Of a stretch of DNA of 61,337 bases, positions 55,312-61,337 are shown in pieces. Each line of letters opens with the position of its first letter. Position 1 is the stretch's first letter. Made by a program: the position numbers and the translations under genes. The notes under the pieces are model-generated. The model was given only the letters and a program-made list of their open reading frames with translations, searched no databases and was not told the DNA's origin. The stretch comes from an uncultured virus (IMG/VR IMGVR_UViG_3300013119_000533) (Duplodnaviria; Heunggongvirae; Uroviricota; Caudoviricetes), in the IMG/VR virus record IMGVR_UViG_3300013119_000533, positions 62,001-123,337 of that record, one strand, 5' to 3'.

Positions 55312-56061
55312 ATGAAGACTATTAAAATTTTGTTTTTATTATTTTGTTTATCTTTTCTCAATTCGTGCATGGTATCGGTGCATTCTAACAGATTCCCAGT
55401 CGACTCTTTTGTCAAAGTTCACGCAAGAATGACCATCGAAGTGTGTGCTGATACTGAATTAATGTCAGTTTGTGAAAAAAGTCACTTTTATTCGGTAGGA
55501 TCTGGGTCTGTGGTTGGACACCGAAAAGGCAAGACCTATATACTTACAGCAGGTCATGTTTGTCATGCAGATGTTGAAGGTCCCGTCAAAGCTATCGCTT
55601 CTTCAGTGTCGATGGCATTTAAAGTTCAAAACATAAAAAATGATTATTATAATGTAAAAGTCTTCAACATCTCGCCTGAGTTTGTTAATGGAAACGAACT
55701 AGACCTCTGCTTGCTTGAAAGTAACGGAATAATAGATATGCCTACATTAAACCTGTCCCTAACTGGTCCAAAGATTGGGGAAGAGGTTTACAACGTTGCT
55801 GCTCCGACTGGATTTTTCTATCCGCCAGCTGTCCCTTTGCTGTCTGGATATTATAGTGGTCCTTTAGGACAATACCATGATTTATTAACAATACCTGCGA
55901 CTGGGGGTAGTTCTGGTTCTCCTGTTTTAAATAATCGAGGAGAATTAATTGGATTGATCTTTGCGGCGAATGTAGATTTTCCTCAATTGGCGATTAGCAT
56001 CAAATACGAGACACTACGGGACTACTTGCAAGAAAATTTATATCCTCAACCACCTCTCTAA
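55312..56061 (+). CDS. Trypsin-like serine protease with signal/lipoprotein N-terminus
   Basis: Triad TAGHVC / DLCLL / GGSSGSP; MKTIK + hydrophobic stretch + LNSC lipobox-like; GAGG RBS. Confidence 0.9.
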   Translation: MKTIKILFLLFCLSFLNSCMVSVHSNRFPVDSFVKVHARMTIEVCADTELMSVCEKSHFYSVGSGSVVGHRKGKTYILTAGHVCHADVEGPVKAIASSVSMAFKVQNIKNDYYNVKVFNISPEFVNGNELDLCLLESNGIIDMPTLNLSLTGPKIGEEVYNVAAPTGFFYPPAVPLLSGYYSGPLGQYHDLLTIPATGGSSGSPVLNNRGELIGLIFAANVDFPQLAISIKYETLRDYLQENLYPQPPL

Positions 56062-56202
56062 CTTAACTTGTTGATGTTCGAGCATAATGGTTAATCTCTT
56101 TGCTAGCGCAATCTTATTACCATTCACTGCTTTGGCGATCTTCAATTCCAACTCTTCGATCTCAATTTTTAATTTTTGAATTCTATTATCGTACTTCTTC
56201 AT
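56038..56202 (-). CDS. Small coiled-coil protein, 54 aa (not in ORF track)
   Basis: MKKYDNRIQKLKIEIEELELKIAKAVNGNKIALAKRLTIMLEHQQVKLERWLRI*; AGGA RBS right after the upstream stop; converges on the protease gene. Confidence 0.7.
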   Translation of the reverse strand: MKKYDNRIQKLKIEIEELELKIAKAVNGNKIALAKRLTIMLEHQQVKLERWLRI

Positions 56203-56210
56203 TTTACTTC

Positions 56211-56591
56211 CTATAAAACATCAAAAACGATGTGAACCTTAAACAATAGGTTGATACCATTTACACCTGATCCGACTTTAGAGAAGAAGTATACATCCTC
56301 AACCAAGGGGATTTCCTCCAACTTCCTTAAAAATTTCATACTGAGTTTATCTACTATAATCTGATATATGTATTTGTTTGGATGAATCCTATTAACAGAA
56401 TCCCAATCAATTTTGATACCAGATATCCCACTCAAATGATTCTTCAATAAAATCATCACATGTTGTTCGCTAAGTTCCTGCTTTACAGGTTTCTTTCTTG
56501 GGCGTCCTCTTGGCCGAGCAGGCTTAGCATCTGCCTCGGGGGTCTTTCGTGGGCGACCCCTTCTTCTCTTAGGTTTTTCCTCAGTAACCAT
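56211..56591 (-). CDS. AT-hook DNA-binding protein
   Basis: Two RGRP cores: KRRRGRPRK and RPRGRPRKK. Confidence 0.75.
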   Translation of the reverse strand: MVTEEKPKRRRGRPRKTPEADAKPARPRGRPRKKPVKQELSEQHVMILLKNHLSGISGIKIDWDSVNRIHPNKYIYQIIVDKLSMKFLRKLEEIPLVEDVYFFSKVGSGVNGINLLFKVHIVFDVL

Positions 56592-56766
56592 CCTTGTACC
56601 ATCCTTTGCCCTTTAGTTTAAATGAAGTGTTGTTAACTTTCTTTTTATAAGACTTGGTAAAACACCTTGGGCATACTGTTTGTAAATATTTTTCAGAGTC
56701 GGAAAATGATAAGATTTCTTCTACTTCATACCCACATTTTTCACACTCATACAAATATATTGGCAT
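56581..56766 (-). CDS. FmdB-family zinc-ribbon protein
   Basis: MPIYLYECEKCG..CPRC..SFKLKGKGWYKDGY. Confidence 0.9.
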   Translation of the reverse strand: MPIYLYECEKCGYEVEEILSFSDSEKYLQTVCPRCFTKSYKKKVNNTSFKLKGKGWYKDGY

Positions 56767-57398
56767 TAGATTATCTCGTCTATTAATCCATATTCAAGGC
56801 ACTTTTCTGCTTCCCACCACAGATCGTGTTGCAAAATATTCTCTAACACATCTTCTGGGATTCTTGTATGTTCTCTGTAGATCTTTTTAATCTTCTCCAT
56901 CAGCATCTCAGAATTTTGCATGTCGTCTTTCATTGCTGCAAACTTACCCCACATAGCTCCTGACAGTTGGTGAATCAACATGCAAGCATTTCTATGCATA
57001 TATCTCCTGTCTGCAACAACAGACATCAGCGTAGCGGCAGATGCAGCACAACCGTCTATAATTGTATGCACTTCTGTCTTGGATGTCTTAATATGGTCCA
57101 CGGCAGCAAGTCCAGCAAACACAGACCCACCATAACTATTAATATGGATCCTAATTGGGATATCAATTCCGTGCGATGCTTTCCTCATTGCCGAGGTCGT
57201 GTTTAATGTATCTATCGCTTTGTTCAGTTTTAATACTTTTGGTCTAGATACGCCAGAATAAAAATAAATTTTATTATCCTGCATTTCTACAGAATTGTAG
57301 TCATCATTATTTGCATTAATCTTTTCGTTATGTGTGTCAAATATAGTTTTCTTTGGCGGGTCTTGCTTTTCAGCATCTCCCCAAAATTGGTCTCTCAT
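56766..57398 (-). CDS. ClpP-like serine protease
   Basis: HINSYGGSV, GCAASAATL (Ser), MLIHQ (His), HDLWW.AEKCLEYGLIDEI; AAGGAG RBS. Confidence 0.92.
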   Translation of the reverse strand: MRDQFWGDAEKQDPPKKTIFDTHNEKINANNDDYNSVEMQDNKIYFYSGVSRPKVLKLNKAIDTLNTTSAMRKASHGIDIPIRIHINSYGGSVFAGLAAVDHIKTSKTEVHTIIDGCAASAATLMSVVADRRYMHRNACMLIHQLSGAMWGKFAAMKDDMQNSEMLMEKIKKIYREHTRIPEDVLENILQHDLWWEAEKCLEYGLIDEII

Positions 57399-57410
57399 GT
57401 TTTCTCCTTA

Positions 57411-57437
57411 TAGGTTGAGTATATCACATGTAGGTTG
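57411..57437 (-). promoter_or_regulatory. Candidate sigma70 extended -10 promoter (TGATATACT, 57418-57426) flanked by two CAACCTA direct repeats
   Basis: TGn-TATACT in the only gap before the ClpP operon; TAGGTTG at 57411-57417 and 57431-57437. Confidence 0.45.
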
Positions 57438-57443
57438 TTTATT

Positions 57444-60400
57444 TTATCCACAATGATAGGTGCAAGCAATTAATGCTTTTTTATAGGTTTGATTATCGTA
57501 GTCTACTGTTTCGGATATGCTGTCCCAGTCTATATTCTGTGTACACTTTGCTACTGTATAATTATGCAATAAGTCATCATCCTGTAGTCCGCCATATCCA
57601 GGCACTTCGCTGGTTGTGATATAGTCTCCATTTTCTATATTTCCATATATGTTTGTAACCCAAATCTTTCCCTCTCCTATCGAATTGCATTTGGATTTAA
57701 AATATCTAGAATTGTCTGAATATCTATGTGAATCCTTTTCATAATTATACGATCCACTAGCATCGAACAGTTCAGTCCTTCTATCTGAAGGATGAAAACT
57801 TCCGCTAAAATATCTAAAATGTGCCATTCCTTTTTTAACTTTGTTTCCAGATAAAACACCATACACTTTTTTAGAATTCTTTTGAGATGATATTTTAATT
57901 ATTGGTACACAATCGTCAATTCCAGTTACCCCTCTTTCTATACCAATTATACCAACAGATTCTACAATCATGCCTGATATGATTTCATCGTCCAAATTTG
58001 AAATGTCGGCGCTTCCAGAATACACACATATGTGTTGTCCCGTAAAGGTGTTTGAAAGATTACCGTCTCCATCAATATTAAATTCTTCATCGGCACCAGA
58101 GTCAGCGCCAGCGCTGGCATTATCAAAACCTCTTAAGAAAAAGTCTTCTGCAGTGCCAGAACTGTCAGCAGTATCTTCATTAATGAGCAAATCTAAGAGG
58201 ACGTGCTTTTTTGCATTTGCTGATACTGACTCAATTAAACAAACTGGTGTAGGACTTCCAAATGTACTAGTTGATGTATTTGTCACTGCAACATCATCTC
58301 TGACATGCAATTTACAATCTGGAGAAGTTGTGCCAATACCAACGTCGCCCGAGCTATTAAAAGTAGCTATATCGTTACCACCTGCTTGAATATTTATATT
58401 ATTAGTTGTAAATGCAATAAATGTATCAGTATCACCATTGTGATATATCTTATTGTTCACATAGAGTTGACCATTGACGTGCACATATCCATCGGGGTGT
58501 AATTCTATGTTATTATCAGCATGAATTTCTAAATTTTCTGTACCGGCCGAGTCGGCTGCAATGTATGTGTTTGTAGAATCTGTATCGAAAGCAATCTTTG
58601 CTTGATTAACCAAAACAATATTTCCCATAGAGAGAAACGTCTGTCCAGATGCCAGGGTTGCTCCGCCGTTTAAATTGGTTATGCCGTCGACGGACAGTGC
58701 TTGATAAATTGTGCTGCCTGCTGCTGTAAAAAGTGCTGTATCTGTGGCGGCATTATTCAAAAGAGTGCTAATAACTAATTGTCCATCTTTAGTTGTGTCC
58801 GTATCTTCTTCCCAGGCTTGCGTTTTTGTTGCTCTCATGCTCGCGGCAGTGAGTTCATTGTCGCCGTCGTCCTCAAGTTGAAACTTCATTCCAATAGCTC
58901 CAGCGGAAGTGTTGTCTTTGTTTATTAACTCTAGTGGATATTTCGCTGATCCATGATTTTGAAATAGTCGAAGGCGATATTGTGCTCCATCAAAAGTTGC
59001 ATATTGCGTAACGCCTGCGTATATCAAGATGTCATCATCAGGCATTAGTTTCAGATCATCATCAGCGTGTATCTCTAGATCCTCCGTAGCGTCTGAGTTT
59101 GCTGCAATGTAGGTGTCTGTGCTGTCAAAAATAATTTTGTTTTGATCTAACAAATGAAACCCATTTTCTGTTATTCTTGCTATTTCTGTTGATGTAGTGT
59201 CATCATCTTCATCTGTTATAGCAACACCAAAAGAAAGATATCCTCCCTTATCGGTGGTAGCGTGATCCTCAGAGGCAAATCCAGCGACATAAGCAGAGGA
59301 CTCTAATATAGAACTTGGTGGATTTCCGTCACCACTATCAAAACCAATACCGCCCAACAAATCACCAGATTCCGTAGTTCCATCATTTCTGACTAATGAT
59401 ATCCCATTATCGCCATCGTTGCATGTTAGTGATAACTGTAATCTATTTTTAGGCAATGATGTTCCTAGTCCTACCTTAGCATCGCCGCCCTCGACAAAAA
59501 CGGCGTTGGCCTCTCCGCTCGTCTCTACACGGAAGTTTACATCAGCACCACCTTCGTTTATAACAATGGTATCAAGGGTATCTTCGTCCATCTTGATCAT
59601 ATGAATATTACCAGCAGTAAGATCTATCTGATCGGTGGAGAATGTTATTTTCGTATCTGTATCTCCGTAATGATATATGTTCGCTCCAACATAAACATCT
59701 GTAGACGCTCTAAGATAATCATTGCTTGCAATACCTTTAGTTGAAAGCATTTGTGATGAATTGATTCTAAAAACTTCAGTTAAAGATTCATCAACAACCA
59801 CACTGAATATCATTTCTGCGTCTGTATTATCACTACTGTCCCAACCAGCACCTTTTACAACTTCTATTTGTCCTGCAGTTTTTTCTGCGCCTGATGTATT
59901 TTCAAGTTGGAATTGCATACCAATACCTGCGCTGGTGCCAGTATCCTCTTTATTGATTAATTGTAAAGGAAAAACGGTTGAGTTTGTTTCTCTAAACATT
60001 CGCAAACAAAATGCTGATCCATCAAAAGTACCATATTGTGTGTCACCATATCTAATGGTGATATCGTTATCGGGTTTTAGATGAAGGTCCTGATCAGCGT
60101 GTATCTCTAAGTCCTCTGGGTTATCAGAGTTTGCAGCGATATAGGTATCTGTACTGTCGAACACAACTTTGCCAGGTGCTGTTATAGTAAGGTCAGTGCC
60201 ATCAAACGTTAGGTTTGCTTCAGCATTCATACTATCTGTGCCTGCTGCTGTTAAAACCCTATTATTTGATCCGTTTGACATAAAGTCTGAGACGTCTACA
60301 GAAACTTGAGTAGAACTAACATCAATTCCTGTTCCAGCACCTACAGTCAAGGTTACACCGCCTGAATCGCCACCGCCAGTTAGACCATTACCTGCCGTAA

Positions 60401-61268
60401 CACCAGTTATATCTCCCGATGCTCCTCCAGAAGTCAAGTCTGTTTCGGCAACATCGCCAGATTTAAAGTAAAGTTTTCCGTCTGTTTTTGTATAAATAAC
60501 ACCGACGCCAGCAGCAACAGTCGGAGATGATGATTCTGCTGATATTGCTATCCTTCCTGCAACATCAAGTTTTTCATCTGGTGTTATGGTTCCAATTCCT
60601 ACGTTACCATCATGTGCTACGGTCATTCTAATGTCTGAGGTGCCTGAACCAGATGGAGTTGTATAAAAATACAAATTTGTCGGATATGAATTAGAAGGAG
60701 TATTTTTCCAATCTGCATGCGCCTGAGCTTCAATTGCTGCATGAAATTTTGCAACATCCGCAACAGGTGACCTGTCATCAGTAAACCAAATAATCGAACC
60801 CAAAGAAAGTTCCTGTATTGGAGATTCTCCAGTAGGACTTTTGTTTCTTCTGAAGAGTAGTCGAGGTTCATTGTAGGACCCATTGTTAAGTTCGTTGCTG
60901 GTTATGAAAACTCTTGGAGGGTCAAGCACAACTGAACCTGACCCTAAAAGCGATGACTTACTCTCATCAAACCAGAGTGACGACGTTAAGGTCATCTCTA
61001 CGCCTGTCCGATACCTGTAGTTGCCATCATCTTTAACGTTGTTTTTTATAGTGACATTTTCAACGTTAAAGTTACCATCTCCATTTGAAGTTACAATTCC
61101 ATTTGGTGTTTTTATAGACCTAAAAACTGTGAAATAAGAAGATGTATTATCGTCTGCTAATCCTAAAATTCTAATATTATTATTGACAGACCCGCTTGGT
61201 ATTTTGCTCCAATCTATCTGTGCTGGGACAATCTTCTTTATCCCTATGCTTGTTAAACCACCTGCCAT
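57444..61268 (-). CDS. Tail fibre/spike-like protein with internal repeats and a C-terminal intramolecular chaperone-like domain (1274 aa)
   Basis: GNVGIGT..P..KL.V repeats, GDITGVTAG.GL.GGG motif, C-terminal FTGQH..GEG.IWV..GDYITTS..YTVAK..CTYHCG. Confidence 0.8.
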   Translation of the reverse strand: MAGGLTSIGIKKIVPAQIDWSKIPSGSVNNNIRILGLADDNTSSYFTVFRSIKTPNGIVTSNGDGNFNVENVTIKNNVKDDGNYRYRTGVEMTLTSSLWFDESKSSLLGSGSVVLDPPRVFITSNELNNGSYNEPRLLFRRNKSPTGESPIQELSLGSIIWFTDDRSPVADVAKFHAAIEAQAHADWKNTPSNSYPTNLYFYTTPSGSGTSDIRMTVAHDGNVGIGTITPDEKLDVAGRIAISAESSSPTVAAGVGVIYTKTDGKLYFKSGDVAETDLTSGGASGDITGVTAGNGLTGGGDSGGVTLTVGAGTGIDVSSTQVSVDVSDFMSNGSNNRVLTAAGTDSMNAEANLTFDGTDLTITAPGKVVFDSTDTYIAANSDNPEDLEIHADQDLHLKPDNDITIRYGDTQYGTFDGSAFCLRMFRETNSTVFPLQLINKEDTGTSAGIGMQFQLENTSGAEKTAGQIEVVKGAGWDSSDNTDAEMIFSVVVDESLTEVFRINSSQMLSTKGIASNDYLRASTDVYVGANIYHYGDTDTKITFSTDQIDLTAGNIHMIKMDEDTLDTIVINEGGADVNFRVETSGEANAVFVEGGDAKVGLGTSLPKNRLQLSLTCNDGDNGISLVRNDGTTESGDLLGGIGFDSGDGNPPSSILESSAYVAGFASEDHATTDKGGYLSFGVAITDEDDDTTSTEIARITENGFHLLDQNKIIFDSTDTYIAANSDATEDLEIHADDDLKLMPDDDILIYAGVTQYATFDGAQYRLRLFQNHGSAKYPLELINKDNTSAGAIGMKFQLEDDGDNELTAASMRATKTQAWEEDTDTTKDGQLVISTLLNNAATDTALFTAAGSTIYQALSVDGITNLNGGATLASGQTFLSMGNIVLVNQAKIAFDTDSTNTYIAADSAGTENLEIHADNNIELHPDGYVHVNGQLYVNNKIYHNGDTDTFIAFTTNNINIQAGGNDIATFNSSGDVGIGTTSPDCKLHVRDDVAVTNTSTSTFGSPTPVCLIESVSANAKKHVLLDLLINEDTADSSGTAEDFFLRGFDNASAGADSGADEEFNIDGDGNLSNTFTGQHICVYSGSADISNLDDEIISGMIVESVGIIGIERGVTGIDDCVPIIKISSQKNSKKVYGVLSGNKVKKGMAHFRYFSGSFHPSDRRTELFDASGSYNYEKDSHRYSDNSRYFKSKCNSIGEGKIWVTNIYGNIENGDYITTSEVPGYGGLQDDDLLHNYTVAKCTQNIDWDSISETVDYDNQTYKKALIACTYHCG
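58489..60170 (-). repeat. Intragenic protein-level repeats in the tail fibre
   Basis: K..FDSTDTYIAANSD..EDLEIHAD.DL.L.PD at ~60170-59803 and ~59138-58767 (about 120 aa each), with a partial third copy at ~58598-58489; also two IYH.GDTDT.I.F copies. Confidence 0.85.
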
Positions 61269-61275
61269 AACATAT

Positions 61276-61283
61276 TAAATAGT
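61276..61283 (-). promoter_or_regulatory. Candidate late promoter ACTATTTA upstream of the tail fibre gene
   Basis: Identical to the motif at 16574-16581, 7 nt before the ATG. Confidence 0.45.
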
Positions 61284-61296
61284 ATTTGATTTTAAT

Positions 61297-61337
61297 CTAT
61301 GAAGCGCTAAAATCAACTAGAGTAACAGTCTTTGTAA
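61297..61337 (-). CDS. Possible 3' end of an upstream gene (...TKTVTLVDFSAS*)
   Basis: Longest open minus frame entering from the window edge; only 12 codons visible. Confidence 0.25.
   Translation of the reverse strand, partial: TKTVTLVDFSAS

Larger units (their letters stand above)
1..61337. mobile_element. Segment of a large myovirus-type (T4-like baseplate) bacteriophage genome
   Basis: gp25-like, gp6-like and gp5-like baseplate genes, gp55-like sigma factor, PhoH, tail fibre, very large structural ORFs, near-total single-strand coding, no cellular housekeeping genes. Confidence 0.9.

Noticed and set aside
58489..60170. Tail fibre repeats as a DGR template/variable pair
   Set aside because: Both copies are in-frame coding, differences are not adenine-specific, and no reverse transcriptase is in the window
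13042..60883. Plus-strand ORFs other than 55312-56061, and short nested minus-strand ORFs
   Set aside because: They lie opposite or within well-supported genes and have no recognisable motifs
61286..61316. 9-bp inverted repeat TTGATTTTA/TAAAATCAA as a terminator
   Set aside because: AT-rich stem, 13-nt loop, no U-tract on the minus strand, and it overlaps a probable gene end
1..61337. Stop-codon reassignment as seen in some large phages
   Set aside because: Genes are full length in code 11, and TAA, TAG and TGA all terminate genes with tight packing
1..61337. Eukaryotic giant virus, or a bacterial T6SS/eCIS locus
   Set aside because: SD motifs, ATGA-coupled operons, a sigma-like factor and PhoH with a T4-like baseplate point to a tailed phage; no T6SS membrane complex or eCIS ATPase
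1..61337. tRNA, rRNA, introns, inteins or homing endonucleases
   Set aside because: Almost no intergenic space, and no such motifs recognised by eye; a covariance or HMM search was not possible

Overview
A 61-kb, gene-dense segment of a large (probably jumbo) contractile-tailed dsDNA phage. It uses the standard genetic code, has Shine-Dalgarno motifs, and almost every gene is on the minus strand. In transcription order (right to left) it carries: a 1274-aa tail-fibre-like protein; a block of regulatory, protease and nuclease genes (ClpP-like, zinc ribbon, AT-hook protein, a lone plus-strand trypsin-like lipoprotein, PIN-PhoH, HExxH metallopeptidase, PD-(D/E)xK nuclease); a ~19-kb glycan-synthesis cluster (GT4/GT2 transferases, Gmd, Ugd, epimerase, methyltransferases, deacetylases, NeuA/NeuB plus formyltransferase, sulfotransferase plus APS kinase); a gp55-like sigma factor; and a baseplate module. 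The baseplate module holds three paralogues that share an N-terminal domain but carry different payloads (circularly permuted M23 peptidase, SGNH hydrolase, none), a gp5/VgrG-like spike, a 2800-aa protein, gp25, a gp6-like wedge, a 771-aa protein and a >4150-aa LamG-containing protein that is missing from the ORF track and runs off the left edge. The best candidates for undescribed systems are (i) the swappable-enzyme paralogue cassette beside the spike and (ii) a possible phage-encoded virion glycosylation system: soluble enzymes for a sulfated/formylated nonulosonate glycan together with a strongly enriched [S/T]-[G/A]-S tripeptide in virion proteins. All functional calls come from motif recognition by eye; no database searches were run.
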